Source of the DNA: Gammaproteobacteria bacterium | Lineage (GTDB): Bacteria; Pseudomonadota; Gammaproteobacteria; Steroidobacterales; Steroidobacteraceae | Reading direction: 5' to 3' | DNA: 62,215 nucleotides | NCBI GenBank assembly: GCA_031424095.1 | Contig: JANPGU010000181.1 | Location: forward strand, 1-62,215 | Shown here: one piece after another, positions 47,992 to 56,491 of the stretch | Numbering within the stretch: position 1 is the stretch's first letter | Layout: the number at the start of each line of letters is the position of its first letter | Notes under the pieces: model-generated | Seen by the model: the letters and a program-made list of their open reading frames with translations, nothing else | What the model was told of the DNA's origin: nothing | Databases searched by the model: none | Made by a program: the position numbers and the translations under genes

Positions 47992-48081
47992 GTTGCGCAT
48001 ATTGTGCACTGGAAGCGCCATGAAACAATTCCGCAACAGCGTTGTCATGAGCCTGTCGCTCCGGGAGATCAGGATGACGGC

Positions 48082-48639
48082 ATGGCGAAACTCAATGCAC
48101 CCGCCCGGGTCCATGTAGCGATCGCCTGGCTGGACCAGGCGGAGCTCACTGCCTGTCGGCGTTTCAACCGCAGCGTGCGCACCGCGGGCCTGCTGAAGGT
48201 GTTTCAGGTCGCGAGCCGCCTGGGCGACGGTGTCCTCTGGTACACGCTGATCGCGACGCTGGCGCTGTGTTTCGGCGCGACGGGTCGCACAGTGGCGCTG
48301 CAATGCGTCGTGGCCGGCGCTGGTGGCCTTGCCATCTACCGCGCCCTGAAGAATGTGCTGGCGCGCGAGCGGCCCTACATGACGCATGCCGCGATCGTCT
48401 GCGCCGGCAAGCCGCTGGACCGCTTCAGCTTCCCCTCCGGCCACACGCTGCATGCCGTGAGCTTCACAGTGATTGTATGCAGCAGCCTGCCGGCGCTGGC
48501 CTTCCTGCTGGTGCCGATCGCCGCCGTGATCGCACTGTCGCGGGTGGTGCTGGGCCTGCACTATCCATCGGATGTGGTGGCTGGCGGGCTGCTCGGCGCA
48601 CTGATCGGCTCGATGGCGACCACCTGGATCGGAGTCTGA
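48082..48639 (+). CDS. PAP2-family phosphatase
   Basis: KNVLARERP, PSGHT and SRVVLGLHYPSDV are the three acid-phosphatase motifs. I trimmed the start to ATG 48082 (RBS AGGA). Confidence 0.8.
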   Translation: MAKLNAPARVHVAIAWLDQAELTACRRFNRSVRTAGLLKVFQVASRLGDGVLWYTLIATLALCFGATGRTVALQCVVAGAGGLAIYRALKNVLARERPYMTHAAIVCAGKPLDRFSFPSGHTLHAVSFTVIVCSSLPALAFLLVPIAAVIALSRVVLGLHYPSDVVAGGLLGALIGSMATTWIGV

Positions 48640-49808
48640 TCCTGCATCCCCTGGTCGTTTCGGATGTCTATTTTCCGCGCGTGAATGGTGTATCGACCTC
48701 GATACGCAGCTTTCGCCAGGATCTGTTGCGCATGGACGTTCCCTCCACATTGGTGGTGCCGGAATATCCGCAGGCGACGCAGGTGGAAAGCAATGTGCTG
48801 AGGGTGAGGGCGAAGCCTGTCCCCTTCGACCCCGAAGATGGCGTGATGAGCTGGGGCGCGCTGCGGCGCTGCCTTGCCGATCTGCCGCGCGAGCACTGCG
48901 ATCTGGTGCATATCCAGACCCCTTTTCTGGCGCATTACGCCGGCCTGAAGCTGGCGCGCGCGCGCGGTGTGCCGGTGGTGGCGACCTGCCACACGTATTT
49001 CGAGGACTACCTGCACCACTACATGCCGCTGCTGCCGGGGTTCGCAGGCGCGTGGCTGGCGCGCAACCTGATGGCGCGGCAGCTCAATGCGGTGGACATG
49101 GTGGTGTCGCCGTCGGAACAGGTGCGGCAGCGGCTGCTGGAATACGGCGTGATGCGGCCGATCCATGTGATCCCGACCGGCATGACGGAAGATCGCTTCG
49201 TGCCCGGAGTCGGCGCGCGTTTTCGGCAGCAATTCGGTATCGCGGCAGGGCAGCACCTAGTGCTGAACGTGGGCCGCGTGGCGCATGAGAAGAATCTCTC
49301 CTTCCTGTTGCGCATGTTCGTGTATGTGCGACACGCGGATCCTGACGCGCTGCTGGTGATCGCCGGTGAAGGGCCGGCGCGCGCCGCGCTTGCACGCGAG
49401 GCCCGACAGCTCGGCATTGGCGACAGCACCCGCTTCATCGGCAACCTGGATCGCGAGTGCGGCCTCAACGACTGCTACGCCGCGGCCGACACCTTCGTAT
49501 TCGCGTCCCGCACTGAAACCCAGGGGCTGGTACTGCTCGAGGCCATGGCACAGTCGCGACCGGTAGTTTCCACCGCCTGCCTCGGCACGCGCTCAGTGCT
49601 CACCTCTGGCAGCGGCGCCTGCGTGGTGGATGAGCATGAGGCGGACTTCGCCGCCGCCGTGGTCGATGTGCTCAAGGACCGTGACCGCGCCGCGGTGATG
49701 GGCGAGAAAGGCCGGCACTGGGCCGCGCAATGGTCGTCAATGGCGCTGGCCGATCGCATGGCGCAGCTGTACCGAGAACTGCTGACCGCAACGTCCCCGC
49801 TGCACTGA
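48636..49808 (+). CDS. Glycosyltransferase family 4 (GT-B, Glycos_transf_1)
   Basis: N-terminal VVSDVYFPRVNGVSTSI, and C-terminal EGPARAAL...FVFASRTETQGLVLLEAMA (E-x7-E region). No canonical start codon lies next to the conserved N-terminus, so 48636 is only a placeholder start. Confidence 0.75.
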   Translation: MILHPLVVSDVYFPRVNGVSTSIRSFRQDLLRMDVPSTLVVPEYPQATQVESNVLRVRAKPVPFDPEDGVMSWGALRRCLADLPREHCDLVHIQTPFLAHYAGLKLARARGVPVVATCHTYFEDYLHHYMPLLPGFAGAWLARNLMARQLNAVDMVVSPSEQVRQRLLEYGVMRPIHVIPTGMTEDRFVPGVGARFRQQFGIAAGQHLVLNVGRVAHEKNLSFLLRMFVYVRHADPDALLVIAGEGPARAALAREARQLGIGDSTRFIGNLDRECGLNDCYAAADTFVFASRTETQGLVLLEAMAQSRPVVSTACLGTRSVLTSGSGACVVDEHEADFAAAVVDVLKDRDRAAVMGEKGRHWAAQWSSMALADRMAQLYRELLTATSPLH

Positions 49809-49865
49809 GCTACACTCGGCCAGTCGAAACCCCCACAAACGGGGTGTGCCGGTTCGGAAGGTGGC

Positions 49866-51182
49866 ATGGTGGCTAAGCGCGCTCTGGTGGTGGACGATTC
49901 CAAGTCGGCCCGTGCCTTTCTGGCGAAGCTGCTCGAAGAGCAGCAGGTCGAGGTCGATGCGGCAGAGACCGCCGAGCAGGCCATCGACTACCTCACCCAC
50001 AACCGTCCCGATGTGATCTTCATGGATCACCTCATGCCGGGCATGGACGGCTTCCAGGCTGTGCAGGCCATCAAGAGCAATCCGCGCACGGCCATGATTC
50101 CGATCCTCATGTACACCTCGCAGGAAGGCGAACTGTATCTGGGGCAGGCGCGCGCGCTGGGCGCCGTGGGTGTGTTGCCGAAAACGGTAGCACCCACCGA
50201 TGTGCGCACGGTGCTGCAGCAGCTGCATCTGATGGCGCAGCCCGAGCCCGACACAGTAGCCGCGCAGCAGGACGTGATGGAGGCTGCCGTCGCCGCGGCG
50301 TATGCCGCCGATACCGTGTCGACGCAGATGCCCTCCGGGCTCGCCGTGGATGAACTGCTGAAAGATGAAGTCGCGGCCCTGCGCCTCCATTTTAGTGAAG
50401 CGCTCGACGCGCACCGCGAGAGCGTGGTGAGGGATGTGCGCAGCATGATGCTGGAGGTGCTGCCGGTCGGGCCTGAAGCGCCGCCCACCGCGCCGGAGGA
50501 GCCGCGGCACAGTCCGATTCCCTGGCTGCTGGCGCTGGCGGCCAGCGTGGCCGCGGCGGTGCTGGGGACGCTGCTGTGGCAGAACCAGCAGCAGACCCTG
50601 TCGCTGCGCAACGAATTGGCAGACAGCAAGTCGACGCTGGCCATGCTGACGGCAAGACTGGTGCCGACACCGCAGCCGGCTGCCGACGCGTCGGCAGCGG
50701 ACTCCGCCGATGCGCCTTCGCTGGTGGTGAAGGTGCCCTTTGGCGAAGCGCCGCTGGCTGGCACGCGCATCGAACAGCTGCGCGATTTCGTGGCCAAGGT
50801 TGCCGTGCTGGGCCAGAAGGGCACGGTGGAAGTGCGCCGTTACGCGGGCCGTTTCTGCCTTTCCGGCAGCGGCGCGGAAGGTTATTCGCTGGCTCAGGGC
50901 GCGATGCCCTACATCAAATGCGATCTGGTGGCTGATGCCACCGACGCCGAGCTTGGCAACACGGCGCCGGAATCGGTGGCCTTTGCCAATGCGCTGGCGG
51001 AACTGCGCCGTGAGCACGCGACACTGCTGAGCATCGACGTGGGTGCCGGCCGCGCGGAGGGAACGGGCACCCCCTATCCGGAGGTAGGCGGCACTCCGCC
51101 ACGCGTGCCCAGTGCCGCTGAATGGAATACCGTCGCCGAGGGCAACAACCGGGTGGAGATGCGCTGGCGCCCGTCCTCGTGA
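49866..51182 (+). CDS. Response-regulator receiver protein with a TM helix and a C-terminal OmpA-like domain
   Basis: CheY-like REC domain (VVDDSKSARAFL...DVIFMDHLMPGMDG...LPK). TM helix PIPWLLALAASVAAAVLGTLLW. The C-terminal domain ends in NNRVEMRW, resembling the OmpA/MotB NRRVE motif. Confidence 0.7.
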   Translation: MVAKRALVVDDSKSARAFLAKLLEEQQVEVDAAETAEQAIDYLTHNRPDVIFMDHLMPGMDGFQAVQAIKSNPRTAMIPILMYTSQEGELYLGQARALGAVGVLPKTVAPTDVRTVLQQLHLMAQPEPDTVAAQQDVMEAAVAAAYAADTVSTQMPSGLAVDELLKDEVAALRLHFSEALDAHRESVVRDVRSMMLEVLPVGPEAPPTAPEEPRHSPIPWLLALAASVAAAVLGTLLWQNQQQTLSLRNELADSKSTLAMLTARLVPTPQPAADASAADSADAPSLVVKVPFGEAPLAGTRIEQLRDFVAKVAVLGQKGTVEVRRYAGRFCLSGSGAEGYSLAQGAMPYIKCDLVADATDAELGNTAPESVAFANALAELRREHATLLSIDVGAGRAEGTGTPYPEVGGTPPRVPSAAEWNTVAEGNNRVEMRWRPSS

Positions 51183-52156
51183 CCGTGTTCAGGCCGCGGT
51201 GGCCGTGGGGCAACCGCCATGTGCAGTCGATCCTTCCCAGCCTCATGCCGCGCCGGCGTTTGCGGCGACGGGCGGCGGCCTATCTCGCCGCCAGCCGCGA
51301 ACTGCTGCTGGACTGCGGCGACGGCGTGCGACTGCAGGCCTTTCATGCGCGACCTTCCCGACCCTGCGGAACGGCGGCCATCCTGCTGCATGGCTGGGAG
51401 GGCAGCGCTGACTCGTATTACATGATCTCGCTCGGGCACAGCCTGTTTGCGGCTGGCGTGGAAGTGGTACGCCTGAACCTGCGCGACCACGGTGACACGC
51501 ATCAACTCAACCAAGGCATTTTCCATTCCTGCCGTTTGCCCGAGGTCTGCGGTGCGGTGGCGGCGATTGGCGCGCAGCTGTCGGTGGCGAAGCCGTGGCT
51601 GGTCGGCTTCTCGCTGGGCGGCAATTTCATGCTGCGTGTGGCGGCCAGCGATGATGCGCGTGTGCCACCACTGGCAGGCGTGGTGGCCGTGTCGCCGGTG
51701 CTGCATCCCGACAGCGCCATGCGAGCGATGGAAGACGGCTGGCAGGTTTACCAGCGATATTTCGTCGGCAAGTGGGGACGCTCGCTGCGACGCAAGCGCT
51801 CGCTGTGGTCGCCGGACCTCGTGGATGAATCGATCTTCCGGCTCGGCGACCTGCGCCGCATGACGGCGGCGATGGTGGCGCGGCATACTACCTTTCCCGC
51901 CATCGACGATTATCTGGATGGTTACGCCATCACCGGCAAGCGGCTGGCGACGCTGCATGCGCCAGCGGTGATTCTTGCGTCTCGCGATGACCCTATCATT
52001 CCGGCAGAGGATCTCGCGCGTCTGGCGCAGCATCCGCAGCTGCGCGTGGTGACCACCGAGCGCGGCGGGCACATGGGCTTCATGGTGAGCCCCTTCGCTA
52101 CCTCGTGGGTCAACGAGTTCGTCGCGCGTGAGCTGGGCCTGGCTGCAAGCACCTAG
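51179..52156 (+). CDS. Alpha/beta hydrolase (YheT-type)
   Basis: ILLHGWEGSADSYY, the nucleophile elbow GFSLGGN, and a C-terminal GGHMGF. GTG 51179 overlaps the upstream stop (GTGA). Confidence 0.75.
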   Translation: MTVFRPRWPWGNRHVQSILPSLMPRRRLRRRAAAYLAASRELLLDCGDGVRLQAFHARPSRPCGTAAILLHGWEGSADSYYMISLGHSLFAAGVEVVRLNLRDHGDTHQLNQGIFHSCRLPEVCGAVAAIGAQLSVAKPWLVGFSLGGNFMLRVAASDDARVPPLAGVVAVSPVLHPDSAMRAMEDGWQVYQRYFVGKWGRSLRRKRSLWSPDLVDESIFRLGDLRRMTAAMVARHTTFPAIDDYLDGYAITGKRLATLHAPAVILASRDDPIIPAEDLARLAQHPQLRVVTTERGGHMGFMVSPFATSWVNEFVARELGLAAST

Positions 52157-52551
52157 TCGGCGTTGCGTTTCTCTTCGAACTGCACCACCGGCGCACCGCT
52201 GGTGATCTGCATTTCGCCTTCGATCACTGCGCCACGTGCGATGGCCAGTGTGCGGGCCGTGACATGACCCTTGATGACGGCGCCCGAGCCGACCTCGAGC
52301 TGCTCCGTGACTTCGATGCTGCCGGTGAGCGCCCCGGCAATGACGGCGGAACGCGCCCGCACCTGGCCTTCCCAGTGCGCGCCGCGCCCGATGGAAAGTG
52401 TGCCGCCGATGTCGCCATCGCCAACCACATTGCCGCTGAGCATGACGGCGCCGGGCGCGATGATGTCGCCGCGGAAGCTGACGCCGGTGCCGATGACAGT
52501 GGGTGGGCCGCCGCGGCGGTCGGTCAGTCTGCGGTTGGGGGCGTCGGTCAT
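52153..52551 (-). CDS. Bactofilin (polymer-forming cytoskeletal protein)
   Basis: Repetitive beta-helix pattern (G.V.G.I....L.I...A...G.V) across 132 aa, typical of DUF583/bactofilin. It shares a palindromic CTAG stop with the convergent hydrolase gene. Confidence 0.85.
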   Translation of the reverse strand: MTDAPNRRLTDRRGGPPTVIGTGVSFRGDIIAPGAVMLSGNVVGDGDIGGTLSIGRGAHWEGQVRARSAVIAGALTGSIEVTEQLEVGSGAVIKGHVTARTLAIARGAVIEGEMQITSGAPVVQFEEKRNAD

Positions 52552-52639
52552 GCGTGCATCTTGTCAGCCAGGCTGAGCCGGACACCGTGAAATATGCCCG
52601 TATTCCACAAGCTCGTGGTTTGCCCGATCGTGGCGCGGA

Positions 52640-52656
52640 TGCACCGCCCGGGTGCG
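52640..52656 (+). promoter_or_regulatory. NtrC-like enhancer dyad TGCACC-N5-GGTGCG
   Basis: Matches the NtrC consensus TGCACC-N5-GGTGCA at 11 of 12 positions. It is centred about 108 bp upstream of the predicted sigma54 start site. Confidence 0.35.
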
Positions 52657-52729
52657 CGCCCAGGCTGCGCGGCCGTTGCCAGTAAGGCCTGCGAGTGCCA
52701 TTGGAACCGATTGCGGCCCTAGCCGGAGT

Positions 52730-52745
52730 TGGCACAGCACTTGCT
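52730..52745 (+). promoter_or_regulatory. Sigma54 (-24/-12) promoter
   Basis: TGGCACAGCACTTGCT fits TGGCAC-N5-TTGCW with exact GG-to-GC spacing. It is the only such match I found in the window. The predicted +1 is near 52756. Confidence 0.55.
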
Positions 52746-52755
52746 TTATATACAT

Positions 52756-52858
52756 AGGGACCGTGACAAGCGGTCCCACGCGAAGTGCCACTACCCCCCC
52801 CGTTGGTCTTCGCTTACCTTAAGCGCCGCAAAGGTTTACCTCTGCGGCGCCTTTTTTT
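52756..52858 (+). ncRNA. Candidate sigma54-dependent small RNA (about 100 nt)
   Basis: Bounded by the sigma54 promoter and a strong terminator, with no ATG and no SD inside. Three predicted hairpins: GGGACCG/CGGTCCC (52757-52777); GCGAAG/CTTCGC (52780-52813) with a C8 run in its loop (52794-52801); and the terminator. Confidence 0.45.
52823..52858 (+). terminator. Rho-independent terminator
   Basis: GCGCCGCA-aaggtttacctc-TGCGGCGC followed by C and T7. On the minus strand the T-tract is poor, so it is oriented for plus-strand transcription. Confidence 0.7.
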
Positions 52859-53174
52859 GCCCGCTTGTCGCGGATCAGCCGACCCTTCGACGCTCGGTTG
52901 CCACGGGACGATTCTCGGTGCGGGCGTCGAAGCCCAGTTCGCGCAGCACGTTGTGCAGGTCCTGGCGGGAGTGGAAGTATTCCTCCTGAATTTCCAGACC
53001 TTCGCCTGACACAGAAATCACTTCAGTTGCAGGAGCGGGCCATTTGCCATTCATATCGGATCTGACCCACCGTTGCGAACATCCGAACGCATTCTGCGGC
53101 GGTTCCGGAACCTTACCCGCTTCCGCGCGCTGAACCGGCATGGGTTTACTTAATTCCGCGCGAAATTTGCGCCG

Positions 53175-54818
53175 CTACCGGGCACCCCGGAGTTGATCGA
53201 TGAGATCGAGGCTGTTGGCCGGCAGTGCATCGCCACGCCAGGCGACATGCTGGTCCGGCCGGCCCAGCACCAGCTTGTGACGATAGACGGACGGCAGCAC
53301 CGCGACATCGAGGTCGAGCAGCGCCAGCGGCACGCCGCGCGCGGCCGCTGCGGCCAGCATGGGAGTCACGTCGACACTCGCATCGAAGCGCAACAGCGTA
53401 TAGCCAGGACCCAGTGCATCGTAGAGTGACCGACCGTCGTCCAGCCAGAGGTGGGGCGTGCGGCAGCCGGGCACCGTGGATGCAGTGTAGTCGTACATGG
53501 TGTAGGCCGGCTGCTGCTCACCGTCATACGCGATCAGAGGTGACTGGTCGTAGTAATAGCCGTAGTTGAGTCCCGCGCAGGCGAACTGCTGCACGTTGAG
53601 CGCGTAGGCCGCCTGGCCGACCGCTGTCCGCGCCGCCGCGCCAGCTTGTGAGTCCTGTTCCAGTTCCGCGGGCAGCGTCGTGCGCTCGCGGATCGCGCCG
53701 TGCGCATGCTGCATGGCCAAGCGTGACACCTGCTCGGTGATGGGGTGCCGCTCGCGCTCGTGTGCGTCGAGGATGCCTGGTGCGCCCCAGCCCTGAATGC
53801 GTGCGGCGAGCTGCCAGGACAGATTCATGGCATCGGCGATACCGGCGTTCATGCCATAGCCGGCGTACGGCACCCACAGGTGCGACGCATCGCCGCTGAT
53901 GAAGACGCGTCGGTCACGAAAGCGGTCTGCCACCAGCCGGCGGCCGATCCAGTCCTCCCTGGTCAGCAGTTCGTACCGGAATTCCGGACCAACCCCCAGC
54001 AGCAGCCGGATGCAGCGATCGCGATCCACCGTGTCGAAGTCCTCGTGCGGCAGCAGGTAGTTATGCAGCAGCCAGGACTCGCGACCGTCGATGGCGACAA
54101 GATTTCCCTGTCGCTCGGGGTTGTAGAGGTAACTCATCCAGGCGTCAGGTTTCGTGATCCGCGCCAGCAGCTCCGGAGCGCGGAAACAAGTGGACTGCAC
54201 GCGCTGGATCACTTCATCGCCGGTGAGCTTCGCGCCGATGCGCTTGCGGACCATCGAGCGGCCGCCATCGCAGCCCACCAGGTAGTCGGAGCGGACTTCG
54301 AAACGCGTGCCCGTCGCAAGGTCGACGACCGTCGTGGTCACGCCTGCCTCGTCCTGCTGGAAGTCCTCGACCTGTGCCTGATTCAGGATGCGGATGCCCG
54401 GCGTCTGCACCGCGCGGCGGAACAAGATGGGCTCCAGGTAGATCTGGTTGATGCGATGTGCCGGCTCCGGCGTCGGCCACCAGCAATCCGGCCCGTCGCG
54501 GCGTGCATAGCGGTCGGTGCGGCAGGGGATCGGGATGCGCGCCAGTTCAAAGCCGGTGGCGCGCGTGCGGAACACGACATCATTCGGGTAGTCATCCGGC
54601 AGTCCGGCTGCGCGTACCTCGGCAACAAAACCCAGCCGACGAAAGGTCTCCATGGTTCGCGAGGAGACATGGTTGCACTTCACGCTGGGCAGTTCGCCGG
54701 CCGGGCGCAGTTCCATCACGCTGACTTCGACGCCGCGCCAGGCCAGGTCCATCGCCAGGCACAGGCCCACGGGGCCGCCGCCCACGATTGCGACCTTGGT
54801 CGCATGTCTTGCAGTCAT
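53175..54818 (-). CDS. FAD-dependent aromatic-ring monooxygenase (PheA/TfdB-like)
   Basis: VAIVGGGPVGLCLAMDLAWRG is the GxGxxG motif. RVFISGDASHLWVPYAGYGMNAGIADAMNL is the DG/GD FAD motif. Length 547 aa. I trimmed the start to ATG 54818. Confidence 0.8.
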   Translation of the reverse strand: MTARHATKVAIVGGGPVGLCLAMDLAWRGVEVSVMELRPAGELPSVKCNHVSSRTMETFRRLGFVAEVRAAGLPDDYPNDVVFRTRATGFELARIPIPCRTDRYARRDGPDCWWPTPEPAHRINQIYLEPILFRRAVQTPGIRILNQAQVEDFQQDEAGVTTTVVDLATGTRFEVRSDYLVGCDGGRSMVRKRIGAKLTGDEVIQRVQSTCFRAPELLARITKPDAWMSYLYNPERQGNLVAIDGRESWLLHNYLLPHEDFDTVDRDRCIRLLLGVGPEFRYELLTREDWIGRRLVADRFRDRRVFISGDASHLWVPYAGYGMNAGIADAMNLSWQLAARIQGWGAPGILDAHERERHPITEQVSRLAMQHAHGAIRERTTLPAELEQDSQAGAAARTAVGQAAYALNVQQFACAGLNYGYYYDQSPLIAYDGEQQPAYTMYDYTASTVPGCRTPHLWLDDGRSLYDALGPGYTLLRFDASVDVTPMLAAAAARGVPLALLDLDVAVLPSVYRHKLVLGRPDQHVAWRGDALPANSLDLIDQLRGAR

Positions 54819-54831
54819 GAATCCGGCTTTC

Positions 54832-55452
54832 CTAGAGACCGTTTCCCGTCTGCAGATATTCCAGCTCTTCGCGGCTGCTGCGGCGGGCCAGTGGCAGATT
54901 CCGATGCGGGAAGCGGCCAAAGCGCCGCACGATGCGCCGGTGCTGTTCGGCGAACGCCTGGCTGCTGGCAAACACCTCGCGTTGCGCTGCTGGCACAACG
55001 GCCAGCCGGCGGGTGTAGGCCGCCACGGATTCATCCTGGACTTCCGGCGATTCCGCGTGCTGCAGCGGCAGATAGAAGAACAGGCGTTCGACCGGAGCCA
55101 GCGCAGCGTCGGCGCCGGTCTGCAGGCCTTCGAGCGTCAGCGTCATGGCTTTGCGGTCACGGGAATAGGCCAGCGCGCGGCCGCGGAAGGCGTGGCGTGG
55201 AAACTGGTCCAGCAGCAGGATCAGCGCCAGCAAACGGTGGGGACTGGCGCTCCAGCGGTCCAGATCACCCAGCGCGGCGGCTTCCATGAGGCCGCCGAAG
55301 CGCTGTACCAGCTCGGCGTCGCGCTCCGCGACGATGTCGGGCGGGTCGTCGCTGCCGAACCAGAGTTGCAGCCGGTCGGGGAGGTGGGCAGGAGCCAGCG
55401 GGTCAGGGCCGAACCAGTAGTCCAGGACTTCCTGCGCCCGCCGCTCCGTCAC
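54832..55452 (-). CDS. DUF924 family protein
   Basis: VLDYWFGP, LLLDQFPRHAF and IVRRFGRFPHRN are the DUF924 hallmarks. The start is probably GTG 55452. Confidence 0.8.
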   Translation of the reverse strand: MTERRAQEVLDYWFGPDPLAPAHLPDRLQLWFGSDDPPDIVAERDAELVQRFGGLMEAAALGDLDRWSASPHRLLALILLLDQFPRHAFRGRALAYSRDRKAMTLTLEGLQTGADAALAPVERLFFYLPLQHAESPEVQDESVAAYTRRLAVVPAAQREVFASSQAFAEQHRRIVRRFGRFPHRNLPLARRSSREELEYLQTGNGL

Positions 55453-55456
55453 GCCA

Positions 55457-55882
55457 CTATTCGCACAGGCTCTCGAGCATCCCCTGCGCCACCGGCGAGA
55501 GTCGCTTGCGGGCCAGTTCGCGGGCCTTGGGAGCATCCATGAAATGCTCCAGCGGGCCGGAAACCATCAGGCTGCGCACATGCGGATGCTTGGTCGAAAG
55601 GCGCGCCATCTTGTTCAGGACCGTGAAACCACGGTTGATCTTCTGCCGCGGGGTGCGCTTGTGCTCGATGGAGCGGGCCAGGTACTGGCCGAATCGGCTG
55701 AAGAGGAAATAGTCGTCGTCGCCAACCTGAAAACGGGCTTCGGCGAAGAAATCGGGGAAATTCTTTTCTAAATACTGAGTCACGCTCAGCAAGCGGGGAG
55801 CTTGCACGGCCGTTGCAGCCGTCGATTTGATCTGAGTATTCATCGTTTGGTTCAAGCACCTCCAAAGGGTCCTGACAACCAT
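55457..55882 (-). CDS. Hypothetical protein
   Basis: Protein-like composition in a lower-GC stretch, first gene of the minus-strand operon. An alternative start is ATG 55843. I recognise no family. Confidence 0.4.
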   Translation of the reverse strand: MVVRTLWRCLNQTMNTQIKSTAATAVQAPRLLSVTQYLEKNFPDFFAEARFQVGDDDYFLFSRFGQYLARSIEHKRTPRQKINRGFTVLNKMARLSTKHPHVRSLMVSGPLEHFMDAPKARELARKRLSPVAQGMLESLCE

Positions 55883-56069
55883 TTCTGGGCGTCACGGGCG
55901 ACCACACCCCGCAACGCGCGCGGACAATAGGGCCAATGACGCCGTGATGCAATAGGCGCAATGCGCGAATTCATGAATTGCCGCAACAGCCCGCAACTCG
56001 CGCGCCGCGTCGCGGCCGCGCGCGCTGCGGAAGTCGAGCGGGAGGAAGCGTGCAATCCCTTGCTGCTGC

Positions 56070-56078
56070 GGGGGGGGG
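56070..56078. repeat. G9 homopolymer in the long gltB upstream region
   Basis: gcgggggggggat, read directly from the sequence. It lies in the ~600-bp non-coding stretch 55883-56491. Confidence 0.9.
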
Positions 56079-56491
56079 ATGGGGACTGCTGCCTGTGTCA
56101 GTGCGGTGACCTCGCGGGGTGGCGAACGGCGGGATGCCGGAATGCTCGCCATGGCGGCGCAGGAGGCTCCCGGGGCGCAGGGCTGGGTTCTGGGCGGAGC
56201 GGCATTGCTGTTTGCCTGGTACCTGGCGATGCGGTCCCGATTCCGCGCATAACCTCATAATTCGCAAAGGCCCGGTTTAACACGGGTGTAGCCCCTTACC
56301 GTCGCCCCCGCGAATTGATCTCTGCGCAGGCAGCGGTATCATTCGCCAGAGACTGTCTCCGTTGGCCGCATCAGGCAGGCCATTTCCGAGACGCAATCGT
56401 TTGACCATCAGGTCGTCGTGGGTTCGCCCGGGACGGAGGCATTGTCGCCTCTGCAAAGCCCAGGCACGTCGACCAGGAGCCATATAAGAAG

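Noticed and set aside
52875-53141. 88-aa minus-strand ORF (or 59 aa from ATG 53054) downstream of the monooxygenase gene.
   Set aside because: It has no convincing RBS at either start. Third-position composition is mixed, AT-rich at the 5' end and GC-rich at the 3' end. I recognise no family. It could still be a real small gene, so this is left unresolved rather than annotated.
56217-56232. Second sigma54-like element TGGTAC-N5-GATGC upstream of gltB.
   Set aside because: The GG-to-GC spacing is one nucleotide too long and the -12 element is degenerate.
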